A DNA stretch of 63,307 nucleotides, counting the filler, from Octopus bimaculoides (Eukaryota), in the NCBI RefSeq assembly GCF_001194135.2. It is 7 parts of 6 records of this genome, joined end to end, with 100 filler letters (N's around TTAATTAATTAA, not from the genome) between each part and the next. Parts side by side here need not be neighbours in the genome. Positions count along the whole stretch, not along the records: positions 46,666 to 63,307 come from NC_068982.1; 6 more parts are not named here. One strand, 5' to 3'. Below, piece by piece: positions 51,880 through 63,307 of this stretch. Made by a program: the position numbers and the translations under genes. How positions within the stretch are numbered: position 1 is the first letter of the stretch; each line of letters begins with the position of its first letter. The notes under the pieces were generated by a model. It worked only from the letters and a program-made list of their open reading frames with translations, was not told the DNA's origin and ran no database searches.

Positions 51880-52400
51880 GGTCACCGTGTTTTACCGCCT
51901 GAAGCTACCTTGGCTCTTGATCTTCGGCGCGAAGAACTCCTTCACTGAAGCTTCCACCTCCTCTTGGCTGATGAGGCATCACGAGCGCACAAAGTAAACC
52001 ATAGAGCTGAATAAATAATTCGAGCGGCTCACGTCTTGCCTATATGCTGGGTGTTGCATCAGTTCGATTCCTTCAAATTCCTGGATTTTATTCCGGGTCT
52101 CTCAAGCAGCATGTCTTGCGTTGTCTTGCTGCAGAAGAGCTCGCTTTCTGTTAACCAATACCGGGTAGTTTTGCTGTCCAGTGGAATACATCCGTGAAAT
52201 GCCAAGCTCGCCTGAGACTCTCGGAGTCCTATTGGCCTGATTTTCCCCTATGGTTTGGAGTACGGCCTGGAACTCCAGGGTTTTAGATCTTCCTGTCTTT
52301 GCCTGATCGTCGAGGTTCCTGTAACCTAAGCAAAATTTCTTAAACAATCTGGTAACTTACTGTGATCAGCTGCACCTTTAACCTTCACACAACGAATATA
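51880..52400 (-). mobile_element. Mariner transposase remnant with internal deletion
   Basis: FKKF..NLDDQAKTGR (HTH region) fused to YPVLVNRKRALLQQDNARH..HPAY..SQEEVEASVKEFF. Confidence 0.8.
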
Positions 52401-53299
52401 TTGGGTTGCTTCAGTAACATTATGGCCTGCTCGCTATCTCTACTAGCATGAATATTATGAAGTAGAAGCTTTAAACCAGTACCTACACCTCAAAGAATAT
52501 GTCGAAATGATTCCTTGAATTATGTTTCGGTTAAAACTAAAACTATTGGCTTTTTATGACGTCTTTACTAGGTAGAACTCTCTGGAAAGAGCTACACTGG
52601 ACGTAGATACTAAAAACATTCTGTCTCGTTTCTTTCGATTATTAAATTTCTAACACTTTATATAGAAAAGAAAGGAAAATGTGCGTTCAATGAATTTCTT
52701 CCAATCTAATTATTTTCCATCTTTATGAATGTTTCACTTCATAAATGTTTAGTAAATAAATTCCTGATTACATCATGCTGATGATGTTTAAAAGGAATGA
52801 AATAATGCTATACATGATTACCACAAACTAGAAACTTTAAGGAAATATAAATTCAATACATCAATACATAAATTCTAGGGATCTTTTTCTCTTTAGCCCC
52901 TTCATTTCAAATCTAAATTTCTAATCTAGCCATACATTGTGACTAAATGGTTGCCTCCCTTGTAATAATTGTCAGCTAGCTGAAGCCAGGTGGTTTTATT
53001 TTTACTGTTGCTACTTCTACAGTTGTACAATTGTAAATGTTGAATCGACCTTTCTCCCTATTGACTACCTTCTGTGGATCATGGACGGATAGATTCTTTT
53101 TATATCATTAAATCCTGATTTACTCTAATGTACAATCCAAAGATCCACATACACACATCAGAGAGAGAGGGAAAGAAGAGAGGGTATGTGAATTACAACC
53201 AAATCCCAAATTAACTAACCAACTATGAGCAATAGAAAATGACAACCAGAATGACTGATCTATATGAATGAATAAAAAAAGCGATTATATTTAAAATCC

Positions 53300-54010
53300 T
53301 GCAGCTTGTTGAGTAGCCCACAAATTTGCCTCAAAACAGTTCCAGTGCGTAGGTGTCAATGACCAGGTCACCTTTTGTACGCACCTGTACTTGATAGTCT
53401 CTTTCTATGATGTACGGCTTTCAATTAATCCCTCTCAGAAAACCACATCGATCACCCGCACTTTAAAGTTACAATTTATGACATCCTTAAACTCGTTTAT
53501 GCCGTTGTGCTGAAACCTTCTCCCTCTGATTATCTCCCCATAAAAGTCTGCTTGGATTGTCTGCTGTCATCTACATCGCAACTCTAACGCATCTACGTCA
53601 AAAATTATTCCTTTCCTCAAAATTAGGTGCGTAAGTGGACCGATTTCTGGTCAGGATGCATTAGATACGATGCTTAATGAGACCTTTCCAACTGCTTGAT
53701 ATAATGTCTGTAAATTGTCCACGTTTCGTAGCCATATAGCTGGATTTTAAGAACACAGGCTCCATACAAAGACAGCTTCATGTCTCTTGTGACGTCCTGA
53801 TCTGACTAGACTCGCTTTTCCAGTTTCGCGAAAATATCTGCAATGGTTTTCGCAATCATGTGATTTATTCCAGTGCCAAAAGGGCCTCCAAGACACACAA
53901 AGCTCTCCACCTCTTCAGGTAATTTTCTCCCTAGAAAATGTCAGTCTTTACATACGCTTCCCTAACGGGTGGAGTGTACATGACTTTTGTCCTTCTAGTG
54001 CAAATATTTG
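53300..54010 (-). mobile_element. RTE (BovB-like) LINE RT 3' fragment, heavily decayed
   Basis: RRTKVMYTPP..EEVESFVCLG..FAKLEKRV..MKLSLYG..YGYETWTIY motifs across frameshifts. Confidence 0.7.
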
Positions 54011-55020
54011 TTTGCAAATTAATGTATTAACTAAGCGATTCAGTAACTATCAAACAAATAGTGCTAGCTGACTATGTTGAAATACTGCAAACAAACTAGA
54101 CTTCCGGTTGTAGGTGCATGCTAGTTTGGCAATACACATGCAACAGGCCGCTTCCGCAGCACTCAAGATTCAAGGACTGATACAATAGCAATGATCCCCG
54201 TCTCAATAGCAGCTATTAATTCAAATGAATTCAAGCGGTTAGCGTAATGATTAAATACGTTTTGTTTTGGGTTTGCATTTTCATTTAATTTAAAAAATTG
54301 TGTTACTATTATTGTTTTTATTGAAACCTACCAATTACAAATTTTCTTTAAAAAGACATGTAATCAAATTCAAGTTCCAATCAAATTTCGAAAGGAATTT
54401 AATTTTACATTTAAAAAATAAACACGAAATTCCATGCACCAATAGTTTGACGCTAAGAATATAGTTGTCAAGTGACTCTCTACGTAAATAAATGATTGCG
54501 CATGTATCCCAAAAAATGTATGTAACAAAAATAAGTAGTTATACATGCATAGATAGAGAGATAGATAGATAGATAGATACATACATACATACATACATAC
54601 ATACATACATGCATACAGATACACACATACATACATAGATACATGTTTGTAAGGGTGTGATTGCGTATATTTAATATATTCAGCTGTTAATATTTAACGG
54701 TTTTGGTAAGATAAAGGTTACATTTCAAACTCATTTTTATCTTGCATCAGCATCAGATTCTAACTTCAATTCCTATTTCTAGAGCTTCCAGTTTCAAAGA
54801 GTTGATGATTGAAGACGACGCTTCATCTAACATTACCGAAGGTAGACATTCGAAGGCATTTATATTTAGCCTCGTAGTTTAGGAACTTTATCTATTTTCA
54901 GCTGAGATACTCACAGACAGACACGTCCATACACACGCACAGCACACTGATATATATATATATATATATATATATAAATTTAAGGAATGGAGAAAACGCA
55001 TGTTATAATTGCATACTTTA

Positions 55021-55104
55021 TTCCTACATATGTTTCAAAGGATTACAACCTATGTGATCCATAGGGATCTGTGATATTAAAATTGTAACCTTCTCATCAG
55101 GGAA
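55021..55104 (-). ncRNA. Near-intact minimal type I hammerhead ribozyme
   Basis: Minus strand: TTCC-CTGATGA-GAAGGTTACAAT..GTTGTAATCCTTT-GAAAC-ATAT-GTA-GGAA, then TAAAG. Both core boxes are intact; stem I is 4 bp, stem II is long, and stem III is the palindrome ACATATGT with a GUA triplet. Confidence 0.75.
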
Positions 55105-55574
55105 AGCATGGGAATCATCTTAAACGTAAGACATACTTCTCATCAGGGAAAGCATGGGAATCATCTTAAANNNNNNNNNNNNNNNNNNNNNNNNNNNNNN
55201 NNNNNNNNNNNNNNNNNNNNNNNNNNNNNNNNNNNNNNNNNNNNNNNNNNNNNNNNNNNNNNNNNNNNNNNNNNNNNNNNNNNNNNNNNNNNNNNNNNNN
55301 NNNNNNNNNNNNNNNNNNNNNNNNNNNNNNNNNNNNNNNNNNNNNNNNNNNNNNNNNNNNNNNNNNNNNNNNNNNNNNNNNNNNNNNNNNNNNNNNNNNN
55401 NNNNNNNNNNNNNNNNNNNNNNNNNNNNNNNNNNNNNNNNNNNNNNNNNNNNNNNNNNNNNNNNNNNNNNNNNNNNNNNNNNNNNNNNNNNNNNNNNNNN
55501 NNNNNNNNNNNNNNNNNNNNNNNNNNNNNNNNNNNNNNNNNNNNNNNNNNNNNNNNNNNNNNNNNNNNNNNNNN

Positions 55575-55628
<54 letters not shown>

Positions 55629-55863
55629 GTAAAGGTAAGATTCAAGGATCAAGGTGTAGGAAGATAGTAAGCTTCTAGCAGTCCCTAGAAGTTATAAAAA
55701 AACAACTTTCAGAAATAATAATGTTTTATTGGTTGTAAGTTTCTTTTTCTGTTTTGAAGTTCAATAAGGTCAGGAAATTGTTTTATAGCTTATTGCTAGA
55801 AGCAGGGATTGTTGTGTATCCGAAAAGAAATCCACAATTAGAGAATGAAGCAGAGTAGATAAA

Positions 55864-56156
55864 ATCCAGGCTTCATATGTTTCATAGCTAGCAGAATCTC
55901 GGAAGGAGTAACTATCCAAACGAGAGGTAATCCGCTCGCTACTCGTCGGACCAAAGACACCTTAATCAAAGGAAGTTTACATTATCGTTAAGGGTTCCCA
56001 TCTGCTGCGAGTCAACATGGGATCCCTTGACGACAATGGTAACTTCTTTTGATTAAAGTAACTTTGGGCCTACGAATAGCGAGCGGACAACACCTCATAT
56101 TTGGACAATTGCTACTTCCGAGATACGTCTAGCTATGAAACATATGAAGCCTGGAT
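55864..56156. repeat. 293-bp foldback element (imperfect hairpin, 28-bp perfect outer arms)
   Basis: ATCCAGGCTTCATATGTTTCATAGCTAG and its reverse complement; pairing continues in blocks to a ~15-nt loop at 56002-16. Confidence 0.88.
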
Positions 56157-56196
56157 ACTATGAACTTCATTCCTTAATTTTGGATATATATATATA

Positions 56197-56242
<46 letters not shown>

Positions 56243-56399
56243 TAGATAGATATATATATATATAGTGATTCTTGCTTATCTTCGTCGCAGACGAATAGTC
56301 AGTTTCATGCAGAGACACCCTTGGTGAGGGGAGAGGTGCAGGCTGTCCAACGAGCACACAAGGCGAGAATTTGTTTACAGTAATAATGCTATTCATAAT

Positions 56400-56860
56400 A
56401 CCCGTGTGAAATGATGGATAAAGAAGTTTGAAAAAGGGAAATTAGCATTGATGACAAGACATACATTGAAAGACCGTCAATTGTGACCAGTGACGTAAAT
56501 CGTTGAGAGCAGACTAATTGATTCGCACATAAATTGTTTCATAACCCGTGAACTTGCTGCATAATTGGATTGTGGGTAGAATGCATTACAGAAGATGTTG
56601 GAAGACTTTGGGTATCATAAGATGAGCATGACGTGAACATCATAATAGTTGACACCAGCTTTGAAGAGAGAAGTTTGGAGATCTATTTAGATGCGCTTGA
56701 AGCCAACGAAGCAATATTTTGTCCCATCTGGTAATAGTGGAACAAATGAGCCCGTGTCTTGGCGATTTCGGAAATGAATACTCTCTCTATGGAATGGCAT
56801 TACAACGCTTCCCAGAGCCTAAAGTGTTCAAGATCCAGTGATGTGCACAGAAAGTCTCGG
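56400..56860 (+). mobile_element. Mariner transposase remnant (HTH to first catalytic region)
   Basis: [43 protein letters not shown] across frameshifts. Confidence 0.6.
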
Positions 56861-57789
56861 GGCTTCAGTTTGTTTGTTTTCATTTAAATTTCCCTAATTT
56901 TGTAACTGTGACGCTGTACTTCTGTAGATAATATTTCGTAATTTGCTGTTAGATAAGTTAACTTATACAAACATCTTAAATTGTACTATGAATTCGTCAC
57001 AGAATATTTTATTGATATTCCATTTTTGAAAATCGACCAGACTTGATTCTGATTTGTAATATGGTTACACAAAATATTTTATTCACGTTGAAAGAAATAT
57101 GATAATGATTGTTTGATATATGTACAAAACCAGGAAGTCTGAGGGAGGAACAGTCGACAAGTAAACAACGAAATAGAAAATCAAGCTGAGGACAAATACA
57201 TTTTGTGTAACGTTCTATTTATTCTACCAAAGCACAGTTCTTCGTATAAGCGGAGTGAAATCACAATGAAATTTTGTCACACTGAACTTTGAACGTATTT
57301 TAATTAGAAGATTAATGTCAAAACCAAAAAGATAGAAGCGAAAGAATATCACATTATTACAAATATACAAATAAAACTGCATCAAAATCAGTCTACACGT
57401 GCAAAGAAAACTGAATATGATATACAACTATTGGGAAAACACTGTAAAATAACAATAGTTAAAATACGATATAGTTACGCATTGCAATTCTGTTGACATC
57501 TTGATCCATCTCGACTATTTTCTGCTGTTTACATCAGTTTCAGTTCCTTTATAGTTTCAGCATAACTTACAGTGTCAACAATGGAATATTAAACGTTTAT
57601 TTAAAACAACATCAAAAAACAAATACACGCCGCGGAGTTCTAGTTAGAGACACAGTTTTATCAGTAGTTCTACAAGCAGCGAACGGAGGAACGGTTACTT
57701 ATATAGGCATATAGAAATTTTACATTAGCCGACTATTCTGCGGCTCACTACTTTTATAACAATAATAATAATAATAATAATAATAATTT

Positions 57790-58990
57790 CTTTTATTAGC
57801 CACAAGAGCCTAACACAATACAAATAAGGACAATACAATATAATGGACAAGTAGGGTATTGAACAATGCCGTGTAAACAAAAACAAAAAAATAACAAAAC
57901 AATTGAACAATAAAAATTCCCCATGTATGCATGGCGCTTTTCTTCTTCTCAACTCCTCCGGTTTACAAACGAAATAGCAGAGCAAGCCCATTCACACGGG
58001 CCAACCACACCACATACACCCACATTCCAACAAATTTATTGGGGGACAGAACTTCCCTCTCTACCCCCACTTTCCTTTTCAAGTGGAACTTAAAAGAGTC
58101 GATGAAGGTTCGATCGAAGAAGACAGTATGTGTTCAGTTCTTTCAGACCCGTCTACCACACTTCCTCCTTCGCCACCAGACAGAAGAACACTGTCTTTCC
58201 TACTCAACCAAAGGAAAACGGCAGAGCGATCTTCACAATGGACTCGTCTGATAATTGGATTCGTCCAACACGTGATAACGGCTGGTCAACAGAGCTCCAC
58301 AAGTCATTAATGCATGGACACTAGACGAGTCTTTTTCTGATTAATTTCTGCTCCTGTCACCGCTTCGTACCCACTTATGTTAAAGCCGCTCATCTCGATT
58401 TTCATGCTGTCCGACGCTATTACGGTGATAACGTCCGCATCAGCCGATACAAAAAAGTCGATGAGGTCTTGGCCGAACCGAAAAGAATCTGTTTTCAGTC
58501 CTTTCTATCTCGTCCACCACACTACCTCCTTCGCCATAGTCACCAAACAGAGGAAAACTGCTTTCGTTCCCGACCAAAGTAAGGCAGCAGAGCAATCGTC
58601 ACGACGGACTCGTCTTATAACCCGATCCCTCCTACGCACGATAACAGCTCTTCGAGAAAGCTCTACAGGTTAGTAATGCACGGACACTGGACACTGGACG
58701 AGTGCGTTTAAGACGGCTTCGACGTCCTGCACACACCACGAGCACGTCCAGCCGGCAGTACTTCCCTTTCTGCAGAGCTTGTCTCGAATCAGTAGAGCTC
58801 TCCAGTAGCATGGATTTATGGAACTTATCCATAGGTGATGTTGTCCGCATAACGCGACACGAACCTTCTGCATCCTAGATCAGGCGGGATGCCCCTCGAG
58901 ATATCCAACTTCTTCAGTAATGGCTCGAGAGCCAGCACGTTCAGCAGGGGACAGACTGGGCATCCTTGACGGATTCCACCCAATCATCGT
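57790..58990 (-). mobile_element. L1/Tx1-type LINE 3' remnant with C-terminal zinc finger and an internal diverged duplication
   Basis: IRDKLCRKG..TCSWCVQDVEAVLNALVQCP (CCHC-like); 3' UTR ends in AATAAAAG and (TTA)n on the minus strand. Confidence 0.7.
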
Positions 58991-59061
58991 TGTCAATCTT
59001 GGGGTATAGTGATGGAAAATCCATTACATTCATGAAAAATTACTCCAATCTTCATAAATCA

Positions 59062-59286
59062 ATAATAATAATAATAATAATAATAATATTAATAATAATA
59101 ATAATAATAATAATGATAATAAAATAAATAATCATAATAGATAGACGATTAAGAAGAACAAGAAAAAGAAGAAGACGTAAAATATGAGGAGGAAGAAGAT
59201 AATGTAGAAGTAACATTTGGTTGAGGGAAATAAATAGCGGATGAATAAGCAGAGAGGGTGGTTAAAAGGGATAAGATAGATTAATA

Positions 59287-59371
<85 letters not shown>

Positions 59372-59385
59372 GTAATAATAATTAA
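59062..59385. repeat. (AAT)n microsatellite tracts
   Basis: Directly visible. Confidence 0.9.
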
Positions 59386-60540
59386 AAATAAAAATATATC
59401 TACCTTCCATATAGTAATACTGTTCATTATTCAACAGTTATCTGGTCATAAATATCATATCTATATGATATTGATTATCCCCCACCGCATGTTATTGATT
59501 ATGGATATTGACTCTATTGTATAGACATATTTAACATTACCGTAAGTAAAGCTTCCCATCTCGTCATGTGTCACGTGTCTCCAGTTGTTGTATAGGAAGA
59601 CGGATTAACTAAAGATTATATTCTGCTTGGTTATCCAATATAAAGTGTCAAGGAACATGAGAGATAAAGTTAATAATGATTTCTTTTGCTATGATTTAAT
59701 GTTAATTTCTACAGAGTAAGACAACAAATTCGATAGAACTGATACCTGTATATTACTGGTATTTTAATATTTACAGCTACTGATGCAGAATGAAATACAG
59801 AATGAAGGACAGCATAATTTTAACATATTCTCATCCATTACAGAATGTAAAGAAATGTAATCCAATGAGCTGTCTTACTGTCGCACATATTCAAGTCTTC
59901 CTTGTTAAATGATACTCATTTACGTTTAAACAAGTTACAAGTCAAAACACAAAACTCACCTTCTGCCTAATTGTCTCTCTTCTCATTTTGTTAGTAACAA
60001 AGAAGAGAGAATGAATATTGATAAATTACGTAAATTTCTCAGACGTAAAACAAAATAGCATTAACCAGAAATTGAAATAATGTTCTAGACTCTAACCAAG
60101 AATTTATTAGATATACACCAATATCAGATGATATTAATCTCATGTGGCAAACAGCATTTGAATTTGGAGGAACAGTACATACCACAAATAGTTTCTTCTG
60201 GTGTCTCTAACCTCAAATCCCACAACAGAGACGGATGTGTTATTTGTTCATTGTCTGTCCTAAATAGAATTACCAATAACATTGATTTATGACATAAAAT
60301 ATGTATTTCTAACATACAATAATGAATAATATATTGAAGAATGGGTTTGATTTGTTTTTACATTAAGCTGAACGAAATTGGATCTGTTGGTTAGTTAACC
60401 ATCCTCACCCACAATATTACTGCTATATTCAAAAGTCATATATAACGTAACAAATTGACCGAATTATGGGAGAAGAGTTTAAATTTGTTGTGTCATTCGA
60501 TCACTTCGAATCTTGAAAGCAATAACAACTTTATTATTAA

Positions 60541-60612
<72 letters not shown>

Positions 60613-60624
60613 CATCATCATCAT

Positions 60625-60850
60625 TGCCTTTGCACGGCTTCTAACGCTGGAGATGTACTACGGTGCCAGCTATTCACTACCAGTGAACTAAGGTAACATC
60701 CCTTATTTTCTGAACACCATCCGGAGTATTCGAGCAGTTCCAGGGAAACTCTGTTTTCTGCAAGTGCTCCACCCTTATTCTAGCTCCTGTTTGTTCCAAG
60801 TACTTCTCAAGATCTTTACTCGCTGTTCCCAGGGCTCAAATTCGTACTTT
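60625..60850 (-). mobile_element. R4/Dong-clade LINE 3' end running into a (TGA)/(TAA)n tract
   Basis: LGTASKDLEKYLEQ..GTARILRMV C-terminus; tail at 60540-60625. Confidence 0.7.
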
Positions 60851-61866
60851 TTGCTCTTTATTTTGTGCATCTTCCAGATAGTGTAATCTATATGAGATGA
60901 AACAAAAAGTAAATAAAAGTGCGGTTAGGGAACATTTTTTGCTTGGTTGCACCAGAGGAAATTTCAAAGTTTATTGAAAACGTTTAAATTTGGTGTATTA
61001 ATGTAATTTTTCAAGCTGAATCTCAGGAGATATTTCACTGTTTCCAGAAAAAAGTTTTAAAAAGTTATAGATGTTTAATCTTTCATAATTTTTAACCAGA
61101 TAGAATATAGGATTTTGAAGCTGTCATTTTGTGCGTGACAGCCCGTGTTGTCAACTGTAAACAAATGAAATATTGGCGAGTTTCTGCTTTACGCACGCCA
61201 TATAATCCCTCAAAAGTTTTTATTTGTTTGAAATTTTCAGACAATCTTTGTGAATTTGTATTCTACACACAGAAATTCACGCAATTATGCCACGTCACCA
61301 CCACCCCAATGACTAGCCTTTTGGTATTTATATTGACAATTAATGTTGTACGTCCAGAGTACGCCTTCCAGAAAAGCATAGTTTTTGCTTCCAGTTGGTC
61401 TATATGTAAGAGTCCCCTAATAAAACCAATGTTATAGAAGTGAGGCCAATAACCAGCTGTGACAGCGGGGTTACTTCTGCATAAAAGGAAGCCACACCAT
61501 CTTTCGTTTTTTAGCGATGGATTCAAAATACTTTGTTGATTTGGTAGTTTTCTGGAAACCAGCTTAGCCTCAGTCACTCTATCGATATCGCATACAGAAT
61601 CTTTCATAATTTCAATTGCTTTATTACTTTTTAATTCTTTCAGTCATTAGACTACGGCAATGTTTAAAGAATTGTTTTTGTTTTTTTTTTAAGTCTGGAA
61701 CTTATTCTATCAGTCTTTTTGCCGAATCGCTAAGTTAGGAGGGGTCGTAAACTCAACAATACCGGTTTCCAAGAGGTGGTGGGACGACAAACACAAGCAC
61801 AAAGCTACACATCGCGCCCGCACACGTACATACACGCGCACACGCACACGTAGATACACGCACGCA

Positions 61867-61900
<34 letters not shown>

Positions 61901-62220
61901 ACCACACATGCACACACATATGTATGTATGTATATATATATATATATAGGTGAGAAAGTTGGTATGTGAAAGCACGTGGTTGGATGTATAAAAGATAAAC
62001 AAGAGTGAAAAAAATACAGAAGGCTTGTGTTACATGGTTAAAGTATATATTTAAATTATGTCAGAAAAATGTTATAAAATTTTTTGGTATATAAACATTG
62101 TATTTGGAGAAATAACCGGTTTCGTATTGTCTTTTCAAATTTTTCTACTTCATCGTAACATGTGTTCAGCGAACACATAAAATACTAAACTCCAAATCAA
62201 AACATCGTTCAGTAATTTAC

Positions 62221-62436
62221 ATTATTTACATTTGATGGATATTTGAACCCCATCTTGTTTGTTGTTAACACAACTCTTCGGCTGATATACCCTCCAGCCT
62301 TCGTCAGCCTTAGGAATGAGAACCCATGTTCGAAATTTCACCCAAGACACCTGATGAACACTGGAGGGTATATCTGCCGAAACGTTGTGTTAACAACAAA
62401 CAAGATGAGGACAAATATCCGTCAAATGTAAATAAT
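62221..62436. repeat. Inverted repeat (arms 62221-62307 and 62351-62436), each arm carrying a hammerhead-derived motif
   Basis: Plus arm: GACAC CTGATGA ACACTG..CTGCC GAAAC GT T GTGTT. Minus arm: CTGACGA AGGCTG..CAGCC GAAGA GTT GTGTT. Confidence 0.88.
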
Positions 62437-63194
62437 ATAAATAATGTAAATAATGTACATAATTCCTCATCTCTTAAATATAGAACTGTATCGTTAAGTA
62501 AGTTTGAATTCATAAAGTACACCTTTTGTTCATCCTTTTACTGTTTAAAGATAAAATTAATATTTTCTACCGATTGCTGGATTTTCAGTCAAATTCTGTT
62601 TCCTGAATGTATTTCCTTTTCATCTGAACAGCCTATAGAAAAAGCTGTCTGTCACTATTCTGCTCGTTAACAATAACACCGGAAAAAAAAGTTGAGAACT
62701 AAATAATACAATTAAAATGCTTAATGGAATGTAGAAAGAATGATTTATTATCAACAGCACCTGCTACGAAAATTATTTTTGAGGCTAAACGACATAACTT
62801 CACCTCCAGTTTATTAACACTTATCATTATTACAACCACAACGAATAACAAAAAAAAAAGAAGTGCTTCTGTCGTTAAAACTCTCATATCTACCATTAAT
62901 CTCCCTCTCACCCTAAGTTATCATAAATCCTACAAAAACCATCATTCATATAATTATATTTAGCAAAGTAAAAACATCGGCCTGCACATTAATAATCACC
63001 ATCCCCGCCCAACCCCCACCCCTGTAAACCAACATAATCATCAAACCAGCTGTACAATTTCCATTATGCCATACATACATACATACACACACACAAGCAC
63101 GGCACACGCATTTCTGCCCATGTATTCCCTTGAAGTATAATACCCAAAATTGTCACACACAAACACATTTATATGTATGTGTACGTGTGTGTGT

Positions 63195-63239
<45 letters not shown>

Positions 63240-63307
63240 TGTGTAAAGGTAAGCAGAGTTAGCGGTTATAATAACCGACTAAGAAATAAAATATCCGTAC
63301 ATACTAT

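Noticed and set aside
54751-54841. Possible + strand exon HQILTSIPISRASSFKELMIEDDASSNITE with donor GTAGAC
   Set aside because: Weak donor, phase incompatible with exon 3 of the precursor gene, and no recognisable domain.
3354-55678. Long ORFs full of X in the ORF track (3.4, 9.5, 10.9, 14.2, 26.4, 29.6, 42.4 and 55.1 kb)
   Set aside because: They are open only because N-gaps and flanking microsatellites lack stops.
1-63307. CRISPR arrays, rRNA genes, operon-like systems
   Set aside because: None seen; this is eukaryotic intron and intergenic DNA, and the regular repeats are simple microsatellites.

Overview
AT-rich, gap-riddled animal genomic DNA dominated by microsatellites, tRNA-head SINEs and decayed LINE and DNA-transposon fragments. 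The repeat spectrum suggests an octopus-like cephalopod; this is inference from recognition, not a database result. One convincing protein-coding gene lies on the + strand and is only evident after splicing: exons 16133-16905, 18623-18715 and 20785-20861 have strong, phase-compatible splice sites. They encode a signal peptide, a ~238-aa very acidic repetitive pro-region, a furin-type RRSR site split by intron 1, and then a 56-aa, 8-Cys, strongly cationic EMI-like domain. Its 3' end is unresolved. The second main signal is a set of hammerhead-ribozyme motifs and foldback repeats typical of Penelope-like retroelements: one nearly intact (55021-55104, minus strand), several degenerate, and one next to a Penelope-type RT fragment. 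A CpG-depleted block at about 31.2-46.5 kb may be the methylated body of a second gene I could not identify. Most ORFs in the supplied track are artefacts of N-gaps, microsatellites or antisense transposon sequence. Repeat boundaries are hand-read and approximate unless TSDs or TIRs are quoted.
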